32,000 nucleotides of DNA from Pseudomonas aeruginosa (GTDB lineage Bacteria > Pseudomonadota > Gammaproteobacteria > Pseudomonadales > Pseudomonadaceae). Made by a program: the position numbers and the translations under genes. The stretch spans positions 3,240,001 through 3,272,000 of the forward strand of contig NZ_LN831024.1 in the NCBI RefSeq assembly GCF_001457615.1, in the 5' to 3' direction. Shown here one piece after another: positions 18,556-27,879 of this stretch. A model generated the notes under the pieces. That model was not told the origin of the DNA. It did not search any database and worked only from the letters and a program-made list of their open reading frames with translations. Numbering within the stretch: position 1 is the stretch's first letter; each line of letters opens with the position of its first letter.

Positions 18556-21513
18556 TCAACCACCGAAGTGATAGCTGAAGTCCAGCCACCATTGGCGGCC
18601 CATGGCGTCGTAGTTGCCGGTGGGATAGTACGGCCAGCCATCGGAGTCGTCCTCCTTGATCTGGTCGAGCAGGTTGTTCACCGTCAGGCCGACGCTGGCG
18701 CGTTCGTTGAGCCGGTAGCGGGCGCTGGCGTTGAACACCGTCCACGGGCTCAGGCGCCCGCTGCCAGCGGCGTTGGTAACGCTGCCGTAGCGCACCGCGA
18801 AGAGCGTCGAGGTGAACTGTGCGTAGTCCCAGGTCAGGCTGGCGTTGAGTTTGCTGCGCCAGTCGTGGGAGTCGAGGCTGTCGCGCTGGTTCTCGCTGGG
18901 GTAGTCGTCGGACTGCTTGTAGTCGTGGGACAACACCAGGGTGTAGCCGAGGGTCGAGGAGAAGGCGCCGTAGTCACCGGCGCCCCAGCGGATGTTGCTG
19001 CGCAGGTCGATGCCGCTGGTGCGCTCCTTGGCCGCGTTGATGGCATTGACGTAGACCTTGTTCAGGCGATTCGGATCGACGCTGGCGTCGCCGGCGTTGC
19101 GCTCGACCCGCGCCAGGGTGTCGCGGCACTGCGCCGAGTCCGGATCGAGCCCGCCGCTACGGCAGGCCGCCTCGTCGCGCAGCAGTTTGTCCGGATCGAG
19201 GGTGGTCAGCAGGTCATCGATCTGGATGTGGTAGTAGTCGGCGGAAAAGTCGAACCTGCTCGACGGCGACCAGACGAAGCCGTAGCTCCAGTAGCGCCCG
19301 CGCTCGGACTTCAGGTCGGGCGTGCCGCTCTGCACGTAGTCGACCCGGCCGTTCTTGCAGGCGCCGTCGACGCCTTTCTCGCAACCGTAGTAGTCCTTCT
19401 GCGCCGGGTAGTAGCCGTTGGCGTCGGCCTGGTAGATGTAGTTCAGGTCCGGCGCGCGGAAGCTGGTGCCGTAGCTGCCGCGTAGCAGCAGGCTGGTCAG
19501 CGGGCGCCACTCCAGCCCCAGGTTGTAGGTGGTCTGCTCCTCGGTGCGACCGCTGAACCTGTACTGGTCCCAGCGGCCGGCGGCGGACGCCAGCAGCGTG
19601 TCGTGCAGCGGGATGCTGAATTCGCCGCCGGCGGCGTAACGGTCGCGCGAGCCGCCGGAGCTGCTGGCCTTGGAGACGTTGTAGAGAGAGCCGTCGTTGT
19701 ATTGCGAGTCGGGACGGATCCTGTAGCCCTGCTTGCCCACCTCCAGCACGCCGGCGAAGGCCACCGGGCCGGCCGGCAGGTCGAACAGCTCGCCGTTGCC
19801 GGTGAAGCTGTAGGTCTGCGAGTAGGACTCGCTGTGCTGGGTCACGTTGCGCCGCAGGCTGCGCCACTCTTCCTCGCTCAGCGGACGTCCGAGGCGCGCC
19901 GGATCGGGATCGTAGACCGGGTAGCCGTCGCGTTCGCCGAGCTTGCGGCCCAGGTACAGGTCGAGGATCCCGGCCGCCGGGGTGTAGCGGGTAGTGCGGT
20001 CGCTGCGGTACTCGGAGCGGGTCGCGGCCAGTTCGTATTCCCAGGAAGTATTGGCGACGCGGTCGCTGTAGCCGAGGGTGCCGGTCCAGGACACCTCGCG
20101 CCACTTGCTGTTGTTGCTGCTCTTGCCGCCGATCTCCTCGGGCGAGAACAGCCGGTACCAGCGCTCCAGGTCGCCGCTGGAGGCATTGATGAAGTCCGGC
20201 GAGGTGAAGGACGGCCCACGGGTATTGTTCTGCAGGTGGTCGAAGCCGAACAGCAGGTCGGCGAACAGCTTGCCGCTGTCGCTCAGGTGCCAGGTGCCGC
20301 CGGCGTAGCCGTCGTAGTTTTCCTTCTTGGTCTGCAGGGTCCAGTAGTTGTTGTAGTACTGGTCGGTCATGCAGCGATAGCCACCCCTGGCGCCCGGCAC
20401 CGGCGCCACGTTGCCGCCGAACAGGCCGCCGAGGCCGGCGCAAGAGGCGTCGCCGAGGTAGCGTCCGCTCTGCGGGTTCAGCCGGTAGCCGACGTTGTTG
20501 CCGTCCGGGTAGCTGTCCATGAAACCGCGCTGGTTGGCCCAGACCGGCTGGCGCTGCTCGACCTGCAGGCCGAACAGGCCTTCGAATTCGCCCGTCGCGC
20601 CGCCGCCGACCAGTTGCAGGCGCTGGTTGTCGCCGCCGCCGCGCTCGGTGGTGCCGGCGCGCAGGTTGACGTCGACGCCATCGAATTTCTTCTTCAGGAC
20701 GATATTGACCACCCCGGCGATGGCATCCGAGCCGTAGATCGCCGAGGCGCCGCCGCTGAGGATCTCGATGCGGTCGATCATGACCGCCGGGATGTTCGCC
20801 AGGTTGGTGAAGTTCACCGAGCCGCCATAGGCGGTCGGGTAGTCGGCGACGCGCCGGCCGTTGATCAGCACCAGCGTGTGGTTGGGGCCGAGATCGCGCA
20901 GGTTGAGGGCGTTGGCCGCCGGTTGCCAGGTGTTGCCGTAGTCCTCGCCCTGGGTCATGCCGGTGTTCTGGGTCTGCGTCTGCAAGGCCTCGAAGACGTT
21001 GCGGTAGCCACGGTTCTGGATTTCCTCGCTGCTGATCACCGTGACCGGCGACGGCCCTTCCTGCTGGGCGCGGGGAATCCGCGAGCCGGTCACCACCACC
21101 CGCTCCAGGGTCTGCTCCGCTTTCGCCGCCAGCGGCTGCACCTTCGCCGCCGGTACGGCCGCGCGCAGCGGCGCGGCGGAAATCACCGCGCCGCGCTCGG
21201 AACGGCGGAACTGCAGGCCGCTACCGCGCAGGGCCTGTTCCAGGGCCTGGTCGACACTCAGCGGACCGCGCACCGCCGGCGCCTGCCGGCCGCGCACCAG
21301 CGACTGCTCGAAGGAGATCAGCAAGCCGCTCTGTCGCGAGATGCCCAGCAGCACCTGGTCCAGCGGGCCGGCGGCGACGTCGAAGGTGAGCGCCTTGGCG
21401 GCGGGCGCGGGCGTCTCCGCACGTGCCTCCGGCGGCGCGGCGTAGGCCGCCGCGAGCAGCGCGGCCAGGGCCAGGCTGGAAGGCAGGCGTGTGGATGGAG
21501 CATGGTGCGGCAT
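18556..21513 (-). CDS. sppR: TonB-dependent receptor with N-terminal STN signalling domain (SppR, PA2057-like)
   Basis: 985 aa. STN region FDVAAGPLDQVLLGISRQSGLLISFEQSLVRGRQAPAVRGPLSVDQALEQALRGSGLQFRR, then plug (VVVTGSRIPR, LVLINGRRVADYP, IEILSGGASAIYGSDAIAGVVNIVLKK) and barrel ending YHFGG. Confidence 0.92.
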   Translation of the reverse strand: MPHHAPSTRLPSSLALAALLAAAYAAPPEARAETPAPAAKALTFDVAAGPLDQVLLGISRQSGLLISFEQSLVRGRQAPAVRGPLSVDQALEQALRGSGLQFRRSERGAVISAAPLRAAVPAAKVQPLAAKAEQTLERVVVTGSRIPRAQQEGPSPVTVISSEEIQNRGYRNVFEALQTQTQNTGMTQGEDYGNTWQPAANALNLRDLGPNHTLVLINGRRVADYPTAYGGSVNFTNLANIPAVMIDRIEILSGGASAIYGSDAIAGVVNIVLKKKFDGVDVNLRAGTTERGGGDNQRLQLVGGGATGEFEGLFGLQVEQRQPVWANQRGFMDSYPDGNNVGYRLNPQSGRYLGDASCAGLGGLFGGNVAPVPGARGGYRCMTDQYYNNYWTLQTKKENYDGYAGGTWHLSDSGKLFADLLFGFDHLQNNTRGPSFTSPDFINASSGDLERWYRLFSPEEIGGKSSNNSKWREVSWTGTLGYSDRVANTSWEYELAATRSEYRSDRTTRYTPAAGILDLYLGRKLGERDGYPVYDPDPARLGRPLSEEEWRSLRRNVTQHSESYSQTYSFTGNGELFDLPAGPVAFAGVLEVGKQGYRIRPDSQYNDGSLYNVSKASSSGGSRDRYAAGGEFSIPLHDTLLASAAGRWDQYRFSGRTEEQTTYNLGLEWRPLTSLLLRGSYGTSFRAPDLNYIYQADANGYYPAQKDYYGCEKGVDGACKNGRVDYVQSGTPDLKSERGRYWSYGFVWSPSSRFDFSADYYHIQIDDLLTTLDPDKLLRDEAACRSGGLDPDSAQCRDTLARVERNAGDASVDPNRLNKVYVNAINAAKERTSGIDLRSNIRWGAGDYGAFSSTLGYTLVLSHDYKQSDDYPSENQRDSLDSHDWRSKLNASLTWDYAQFTSTLFAVRYGSVTNAAGSGRLSPWTVFNASARYRLNERASVGLTVNNLLDQIKEDDSDGWPYYPTGNYDAMGRQWWLDFSYHFGG

Positions 21514-21631
21514 CGTTCGGTTCCCCCCGAAAACATGGTTTCCAGGGGATGAGCGATGAGCGCGGGAGATTTGCAGGGCAGGCTTGGAACGCTTTGTTCT
21601 GAGCTTATAAGCGCGGGCGAATAGGCATAGC

Positions 21632-21769
21632 GGCGGATAACGCCTCCGGCGTTATTCGCCCTACCCAAAAAGCTTCCCCCAGCTCCGCTACCGGCCTTGC
21701 CCCGTGTAGGGCGAATAGCCGCTTGCGGCTATCCGCCGGTCCGAACACGGCGTTATCCGCCCTGCCGCC
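21632..21769. repeat. Cluster of REP-like palindromic intergenic elements
   Basis: Copy A GGCGGATAACGCCTCCGGCGTTATTCGCCCTAC (21632-21664), inverted copy B GTAGGGCGAATAGCCGCTTGCGGCTATCCGCC (21706-21737), partial copy C CGGCGTTATCCGCCCTGC within 21742-21769. Confidence 0.7.
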
Positions 21770-21775
21770 CTCGGG

Positions 21776-22678
21776 TCAGTACGTCAGCGCCCCGCACCAG
21801 TGCGCGCTCTTCAGTTCCTCATAGAGCGCGCCGATCTTCAGCGAGCACTGCCGCGACGGCGGGTAGATCAGCGACACCGGGCACAGCGGCGGTTCGAACG
21901 GCTGGAGGATGCGTACCAGTCGACGCCGGCGGATCGCTTCCTCGGCCATGAAGCCCATCACCTGGACGATGCCCTGGCCGACCAGCGCCGCGTCGACCAG
22001 CGCGTCGGCCACGTCCAGCACCAGGTCGCCGCGCACCGCCAGGCTCAGCGGCTGGCCGTCGCGCTGGAACTGCCATTCCAGCAGCTTGCCGGTATGCAGG
22101 TCGCGCACCGTCGGGCAGTTGTGCCCGGCGAGTTGCTCCAGGCGCTCCGGCGTGCCGTGGCCACGCAGGTATTCCGGCGACGCCACCGTGACCCAGCGCA
22201 ACGCCGCCAATGGCCGGGCGATCAGGCGCACGTCGCCGACCCGACCGAGACGCACGGCGGCGTCGAAGCCTTCCTCGGTGAGGTCGACCAGGCGATCGGT
22301 CATCGCCGCCTCGATCTGCAATTGCGGGTAGCGCCGCGTCAGTTCGCGCAGCACCGGCATGATCACGATCCGCCCGAGCGCCTGCGGGGTGGTGATCTTC
22401 AGCGGACCGCTCGGCGCGCACTGGCGGTCCACCAGCAACTTCTCGACTTCCTCCAGTTCCGCCAGCAAGGGTGCGCAGCGCTCGTAGAACAGCTGGCCGT
22501 CCGGGGTCAGGCTGACGCTGCGGGTGGTGCGGTGCAGCAGACGCACGCCGAGTTCGGCTTCCAGCCGGCCGATGGCGCGCGACAGGCCGGACTGGGTCAG
22601 ACCGAGAGAAACGGCGGCCTGGGTGAAGCTACGGGTCTCGGCCACGCGGGCGAGCAACTTGACGGCATTCAGGTCCAT
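21776..22678 (-). CDS. LysR-family transcriptional regulator (PA2056-like)
   Basis: ORF 21776..22768 trimmed to ATG 22678 (MDLNAVKLLARVAETRSFTQAAVSLGLTQSGLSRAIGRLEAELGVRLLHRTTRSVSLT). Confidence 0.92.
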   Translation of the reverse strand: MDLNAVKLLARVAETRSFTQAAVSLGLTQSGLSRAIGRLEAELGVRLLHRTTRSVSLTPDGQLFYERCAPLLAELEEVEKLLVDRQCAPSGPLKITTPQALGRIVIMPVLRELTRRYPQLQIEAAMTDRLVDLTEEGFDAAVRLGRVGDVRLIARPLAALRWVTVASPEYLRGHGTPERLEQLAGHNCPTVRDLHTGKLLEWQFQRDGQPLSLAVRGDLVLDVADALVDAALVGQGIVQVMGFMAEEAIRRRRLVRILQPFEPPLCPVSLIYPPSRQCSLKIGALYEELKSAHWCGALTY

Positions 22679-22788
22679 GGCGATCTCATCGATGATTATT
22701 TTCATCAGTGAAAGGACGGAGAGGCTATTTATCACGATTCCAGCATGAGAAACACTGGCCGCGCCCAACCCAGACCAGGAGTCCCGCC

Positions 22789-24204
22789 GTGACGGACCGT
22801 GCCGCCCCTTCCAACTGGATGCTCGCCCTGCTCGCCTGCGCGCAACTGATCATCGCCCTCGACGCCACCATCGTGTTCGTCGCTCTGCCGGAAATCAGCC
22901 GGGCGCTGGATTTTTCGGCGCAACGCCTGCAATGGGTGGTGAGCGCCTATACGGTGGCCTTCGGCGGCTTCCTCCTGCTCGGCGGGCGCGCCACCGACCT
23001 GCTCGGCCGGCGCCGCATGTACGTCCTCGGGCAAAGCCTGTACGCCCTCGCCTCCCTCGCGGGCGGCCTGGCCCAGAGCGAGTTGCCGTTGATCCTCGCC
23101 CGCGCCGTGCAGGGCCTGGGTGGCGCGCTGCTGTTCCCGGCGACCCTGGCGCTGATCGGCAATCACTTCGCCGAGGGCCCGGCGCGCAATCGTGCCCTGG
23201 CGATCTGGAGCATCGCCTCGGCGTTCGGCCTGGCCCTCGGCTCGGCGCTCGGCGGCGCGCTCACCGAGCTGTTCGGCTGGGCCTCGATCTTCCTGGTCAA
23301 CGTGCCGCTGGCCGGCGCCGCGGCGCTGCTCGCCCTGCGCCTGATCCCGGCCGACGCCCGGCGCCAGCGCGGTCGACGCTTCGACCTGGCCGGCGCGCTG
23401 ACGGTCACCGCCGGCGCCACCCTGCTGGTCTTCGCCCTGGTCCAGGGCCCCGAGTCGGGCTGGGATGCGCCCTCGGTACGTTTCGGACTTTACCTTTCCG
23501 TCCCGCTGCTACTGGCGTTCCTCGCCATCGAACACTACAGCCGCGACCCGCTGATGCCGCTGCGCCTGCTGGGCAACCGCAACCTGCAGGTGGCGATGCT
23601 GCTGACCGCGATCTTCATGAGCAGCTACGGCGTGCAGTACTACTTCCTGGCCATCTACTTCCAGTCGGTGTACGGCTACAGCGTGTTGCAGACCGGCCTG
23701 GCGTTCCTCCCGGCGACTCTGCTCTGCACCCTCGGTATCCGCGTCGCCGAGCGCCTGCTGGCCCGCCACGGGGCACGCGCGACGCTGGTCGCCGGCCTGC
23801 TGCTGGGCGCACTCGGGCTCGGCCTGCTGGCAGCGTGCCTGCCGCTGGGGCGCGGCTTCCTGGCGCTGCTGCCAGCCATCGTGATCCTCAGCATCGGCCA
23901 GGGCATGACCTGGACCGCCATGTGGGTGAGCGCCGCCAGCGGCGTCGATCCCGCCGAACAGGGCGTCGCCTCGGGGATGGCCTCGATGACCCAGCAGATC
24001 GGCGGCGCGCTCGGCCTGGCCCTGCTGGTGGCGCTGGCCAACGCCCAGGTGCGCGGCGCCGATGCCGCCAGCCTGCTGGCCAGCCAGGCGCGCGGCATCG
24101 AATGGGTGACCGCGCTCAGCGCCCTGCTCGCCCTGTTCGGCGCCGCCCTGGCCTTGCGGCTGCGCCGTGAGGAACCCGCGGCGTTGCAGCCGAGTCGCGG
24201 CTGA
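22789..24204 (+). CDS. MFS transporter, DHA2/EmrB-QacA family (PA2055-like)
   Basis: ORF 22708..24204 trimmed to GTG 22789 with upstream AGGAG. 14-TM-like; QLIIALDATIVFVALPEISRALDFSAQRLQWVVSAYTVAFGGFLLLGGRATDLLGRRRMYVLGQ. Confidence 0.9.
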   Translation: MTDRAAPSNWMLALLACAQLIIALDATIVFVALPEISRALDFSAQRLQWVVSAYTVAFGGFLLLGGRATDLLGRRRMYVLGQSLYALASLAGGLAQSELPLILARAVQGLGGALLFPATLALIGNHFAEGPARNRALAIWSIASAFGLALGSALGGALTELFGWASIFLVNVPLAGAAALLALRLIPADARRQRGRRFDLAGALTVTAGATLLVFALVQGPESGWDAPSVRFGLYLSVPLLLAFLAIEHYSRDPLMPLRLLGNRNLQVAMLLTAIFMSSYGVQYYFLAIYFQSVYGYSVLQTGLAFLPATLLCTLGIRVAERLLARHGARATLVAGLLLGALGLGLLAACLPLGRGFLALLPAIVILSIGQGMTWTAMWVSAASGVDPAEQGVASGMASMTQQIGGALGLALLVALANAQVRGADAASLLASQARGIEWVTALSALLALFGAALALRLRREEPAALQPSRG

Positions 24205-24210
24205 TCCCGC

Positions 24211-25098
24211 TCAGGCGTCGCCCAGCTCGGCGCCGAGTTCCAGCGCCAGGGCCTGGAAGGCCAGGCGCGCGGCACCGGGGTGGCTGCCCTGGCGCCAGAA
24301 CAGCGCTACCTGGCGGGTCGGCAACGCCGGCCGCAGCGCCACGCAGCGCAACCCGGCCTGCTGGCGCGCCACCGCCTCCGGCAGGATGCTGGCCAGTCTT
24401 CCGCGGCGAACCACGTCGACGATGGCGCTGATCGAGTTCGCCTCCAGCGCCACCCGCGCCGTCACCCCTTGCTGGCGCAGGTAAGCGTCGATGTGCCGGC
24501 GCGTGGCGAAGTCGTCGCGCAACAACGCCAACGGCAACTCCGCCAGCGCTGCGGCGGCCAGCGGCGCGTCCGCCGCCGGGTGTTCCGCCCTCAGCACCAG
24601 GCCCAGGCGCTCCAGGTAGAGCGGCTGGCTGTCGATCTCCACCGAACCCGGCTCGCTGAAGGCCACGCCAAGGTCCAGGCGATCGTCGATCAGCGCCGCC
24701 TCCAGGGCGTCCTGGGGCAACTCCTCGAGGCTCAACTCGATGCCCGGATAGCGCTGATTGAACGGATCCACCAGGGCGCCCACCAGATAGCAGGTGAAGG
24801 TCGGCGTCATGCCCAGGCGCAGGCGGCCGCGACTGAGGTCGCGCACCTCGTGGATCGCCCGTTGCGCCGCTTCCAGCTCGCGCAAGGCACGCCGCGCATG
24901 AAGCAGGTACAGCTCGCCGGCATCGGTGGGACGCACGCTCCTGCCGGAGCGGTCGAGCAATTGCACGCGCAGTTGCTCTTCCAGTTGCCGCACCTGCTGC
25001 GACAGGGTCGGCTGCGAAACGTGCAGCGCCTCGGCGGCGCGGGTGAAGTTGCGATGCTCGGCGACAGCGAGCAGGTAGCGCAGGTGGCGAAGCAGCAT
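24211..25098 (-). CDS. cynR: LysR-family cyn operon regulator CynR (PA2054-like)
   Basis: MLLRHLRYLLAVAEHRNFTRAAEALHVSQPTLSQQVRQLEEQLRVQLLDRSGRSVRPT; divergent to cynTS. ATG at 25110 is an alternative start. Confidence 0.88.
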   Translation of the reverse strand: MLLRHLRYLLAVAEHRNFTRAAEALHVSQPTLSQQVRQLEEQLRVQLLDRSGRSVRPTDAGELYLLHARRALRELEAAQRAIHEVRDLSRGRLRLGMTPTFTCYLVGALVDPFNQRYPGIELSLEELPQDALEAALIDDRLDLGVAFSEPGSVEIDSQPLYLERLGLVLRAEHPAADAPLAAAALAELPLALLRDDFATRRHIDAYLRQQGVTARVALEANSISAIVDVVRRGRLASILPEAVARQQAGLRCVALRPALPTRQVALFWRQGSHPGAARLAFQALALELGAELGDA

Positions 25099-25212
25099 GG
25101 AAACATCCAACTATAGACCAGACCAATGACTGGAATAATAAACCGGTCTTGGACCCTATGGCTCAATCCGCGCATCCTGGCCCCACCATTCGACGGCCAG
25201 GAGCCCAGCGCC

Positions 25213-25875
25213 ATGCGTGACATCATCGACGGCTTTCTCCGCTTCCAGCGCGACGCCTACCCGGCGCGCTCGCAACTGTTCAAGTCCCTGGCCACCCGGC
25301 AAGCCCCCAAGGCACTGTTCATCGCCTGCTCGGACAGCCGGGTGGTCCCCGAACTGCTGACCCAGCGCGAGCCCGGCGAACTCTTCGTGATCCGTAATGC
25401 CGGCAACATCGTCCCCGGCTACGGGCCGCAGCCCGGCGGGGTCAGCGCCTCGGTGGAATACGCGGTGGCGGTGCTCGGGGTCGGCGACATCGTGGTCTGC
25501 GGCCACTCGGACTGCGGCGCGATGGGCGCCATCGCGTCCTGCGCCTGTCTCGACCAGCTGCCGGCGGTGGCCGGCTGGTTGCACCACGCCGAGGCCGCAC
25601 GGGCGATGAACAGCGCCCACGAACACGCCTCCGAGGCGGCGCGGCTGGACGCCCTGGTGCGGCACAACGTGATCGCCCAACTGGCCAACCTGCGCACCCA
25701 CCCCTGCGTCGCCCGCGCCCTGGAGCAGGGTCGGCTGAACCTGCACGGCTGGGTCTACGACATCGAAAGCGGCCGCATCGACGCCCTCGACGGCGCCAGC
25801 CGGCGCTTCGTCTCCCTCGCCGAGCATCCCGAAGTGCGCGCGGTAGGCGGCGAACCCGGGCAGGCGGTCGCCTGA
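25213..25875 (+). CDS. cynT: Beta-class carbonic anhydrase (PA2053-like)
   Basis: ORF 25126..25875 trimmed to ATG 25213. [30 protein letters not shown]...[29 protein letters not shown]. Confidence 0.95.
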   Translation: MRDIIDGFLRFQRDAYPARSQLFKSLATRQAPKALFIACSDSRVVPELLTQREPGELFVIRNAGNIVPGYGPQPGGVSASVEYAVAVLGVGDIVVCGHSDCGAMGAIASCACLDQLPAVAGWLHHAEAARAMNSAHEHASEAARLDALVRHNVIAQLANLRTHPCVARALEQGRLNLHGWVYDIESGRIDALDGASRRFVSLAEHPEVRAVGGEPGQAVA

Positions 25876-25914
25876 ATCCCTTTCCTCACAACCACCCGCA
25901 AGGAGAGTCATCTC

Positions 25915-26385
25915 ATGCAACACAGCCAAGTGTCCCCCAACGCGCGCCAGCAACTGGCCGAGACCGTGGTCCTGAACAAGGCCCGCCTGGGCCTGTCCTG
26001 GCAGGACCTGGCCGACGGCACCGGTCTCGCCCTGACCTTCGTCACCGCCGCCCTGCTCGGCCAGCATGCCCTGCCAGAGGCGGCGGCGCGCAAGGTCGCC
26101 GCCCAACTCGGCCTGGACGACGACGCGGTGCTCCTGCTGCAAAGCATCCCGCTGCGCGGCAGCATTCCCGGCGGCATTCCCAGCGACCCGACCATCTATC
26201 GCTTCTACGAGATGCTGCAAGTCTACGGCAGCACCCTGAAGGCGCTGGTCCACGAACAGTTCGGCGACGGCATCATCAGCGCGATCAACTTCAAGCTGGA
26301 CATCAAGAAGGTCGAGGACCCGGAAGGCGGCTCGCGGGCGGTGATCACCCTCGACGGCAAGTACCTGCCGACCAAGCCGTTCTGA
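25915..26385 (+). CDS. cynS: Cyanate hydratase (cyanase, PA2052-like)
   Basis: 156 aa. [29 protein letters not shown] and C-terminal [41 protein letters not shown]-type signature. Confidence 0.97.
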   Translation: MQHSQVSPNARQQLAETVVLNKARLGLSWQDLADGTGLALTFVTAALLGQHALPEAAARKVAAQLGLDDDAVLLLQSIPLRGSIPGGIPSDPTIYRFYEMLQVYGSTLKALVHEQFGDGIISAINFKLDIKKVEDPEGGSRAVITLDGKYLPTKPF

Positions 26386-26422
26386 AGCGTCGCGCCGCCC
26401 GGCTCGCCGCCGGGCGCGCGCC

Positions 26423-27376
26423 TCAGCGGCTGGCGATGCTGACCCAGTAGGGCCCGTGGTAGTCGAGCCGGATCGGTAGGCTCTGCTCCAGCAATGCCAG
26501 CGCCGCGCCGCTGTCGTCCAGCGGGTAGATGCCACTGACGCGCAGCGCCGCCGCGTCGTCGGCGACGCTGATGATGCCGCGGCGATAGGCGCGCAACGCT
26601 TCCAGCACCTCCCCCAGCGGGCGGTCGCGGACCTCCAGCCGGCCATCCAGCCAGGCGCTCTCGCCGCCTTCGGCAGGACCTCGGGCGAGAATCGCCGAGG
26701 CGTCGAAACGGGCGCTCTGGCCGCGCTCCAACAGGCATTGCCGTCCGTCGGCAGTGGTGATCCGCACCCGCGACTCGAGCACCACCACTCGCGAGCTGGC
26801 GCCGTCATCGCTGACCTGGAAGCGGGTTCCCTGCGCCTCGACCTGGCCACGCCCGGTGTCGACGACGAAAGGCCGCGCCGGATCCCGTGCCACGTCAACC
26901 AGCAGGCGGCCCTCGCGTAAGCGCAGGCGACGCCGGTAGCCATCGAATTCGGGGCGTACCCGGCTGCGCGCGTCCAGCACCAGTTGGCTGCCATCCTCCA
27001 GGCGGAAGCTCTGGCGTTGTCCGGTGCCGGTATACAGGTCGCCGGGCCAGGGGAAGCCGACGATGCCGATCCGCCCCAGCGCCAGCGTCGCCACGCCGAA
27101 CGCCGCCAGGGCGAGGCTGCGCTGGAGAAACCGGCGACGAGCGGACGGCGCCTCGAGGGCTCCGATCAATTGCTCGGCGCGCAAGCCGTGCAGGGGCTCG
27201 TCGCGAAACGACTGCAAGCCCAGGCTGAGCCGGTCGAACACCGCACCGTGCTCGGCATCGGCCTGGCGCCACTGCTGGAACGCCAGGCGCTCCTCGGCGC
27301 CGGCATGGCCGGATTGCAGCAGCGCCATCCACTGCGCCGCTTCGTCGAGGATGCGTTCTCGCCTTCCCTGGCTCAT
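26423..27376 (-). CDS. FecR-family anti-sigma/transmembrane sensor (PA2051-like)
   Basis: ORF 26423..27397 trimmed to ATG 27376 (ATGA overlap with sigma stop). AAQWMALLQSGHAGAEERLAFQQWRQADAEHGAVFDRL; FecR core VDTGRGQVEAQGTRFQV. Confidence 0.92.
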   Translation of the reverse strand: MSQGRRERILDEAAQWMALLQSGHAGAEERLAFQQWRQADAEHGAVFDRLSLGLQSFRDEPLHGLRAEQLIGALEAPSARRRFLQRSLALAAFGVATLALGRIGIVGFPWPGDLYTGTGQRQSFRLEDGSQLVLDARSRVRPEFDGYRRRLRLREGRLLVDVARDPARPFVVDTGRGQVEAQGTRFQVSDDGASSRVVVLESRVRITTADGRQCLLERGQSARFDASAILARGPAEGGESAWLDGRLEVRDRPLGEVLEALRAYRRGIISVADDAAALRVSGIYPLDDSGAALALLEQSLPIRLDYHGPYWVSIASR

Positions 27377-27879
27377 TCGGCAAGCACCTGGTAGCACTGC
27401 TTGAAGCCCTCGACCATGTACTGGTGGATGCGGCTGACGGAAACCTCCAGCAAGCCGGCGATCTCCACGTAGGTCAGTCCGCCGATCTGGCTATGGATGA
27501 AGGCGGCGCGGGCCTTCGGCGACAGCCCGGCGAGCATGCGCTCCAGGCGCAGCAGGGTTTCCACCACCTGGGCCTGCTCCTCGGCGGACGGCGCGAGGGC
27601 CTCCGGAAGCCCGGCCAGGCTTTCCAGGTAGGCGCGTTCCAGGTCCTGGCGCCGCCAGCCGTCGTACATCAGCCGGCGGGCGATGGTGGTGAGCAGCGCG
27701 CGCGGCTCGCGGATGCTTGCCGGATCCGGCAGGGCAAGGACCTTGAGGAAGGTTTCCGAGGCGATGTCCTCGGCGCTGTGGGGGCAGCCGAGGTAGCGCC
27801 GCAGGCGCCCGCTCAGCCAGGAATAGTCGTTCTGGAACATCAGGCCGACGAGGCGATTGCGTGTCTGATCCATGCCCAT
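27373..27879 (-). CDS. FecI-type ECF sigma factor (PA2050-like)
   Basis: ORF 27373..28050 trimmed to MGMDQTRNRLVGLMFQNDYSWLSGRLRRYLGCPHSAEDIASETFLKVLA; region 4 GGLTYVEIAGLLEVSVSRIHQYMVEGFKQCY. ATG 27873 is an equally good start. Confidence 0.92.
   Translation of the reverse strand: MGMDQTRNRLVGLMFQNDYSWLSGRLRRYLGCPHSAEDIASETFLKVLALPDPASIREPRALLTTIARRLMYDGWRRQDLERAYLESLAGLPEALAPSAEEQAQVVETLLRLERMLAGLSPKARAAFIHSQIGGLTYVEIAGLLEVSVSRIHQYMVEGFKQCYQVLAE

Noticed and set aside
21513-21543. GGAAACC (minus strand) upstream of sppR as an ECF sigma -35 element
   Set aside because: Too close to the start codon to leave room for a -10, spacer and RBS, and the sigma factor's consensus is unknown.
19603-21552. 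649-aa plus-strand ORF antisense to sppR (and 19214-20443 minus)
   Set aside because: Low-complexity shadow frames opposite or overlapping a full-length TonB-dependent receptor.
26396-26416. CGCCCGG-N7-CCGGGCG hairpin between convergent cynS and fecR-like genes as a bidirectional terminator
   Set aside because: Only a 7-bp stem with no U-tract on either side; common by chance in this GC content, so it is not reported as a feature.
25156-26994. 612-aa minus-strand ORF across cynT/cynS
   Set aside because: Covers two unmistakable conserved enzymes on the other strand and has only compositionally biased sequence.
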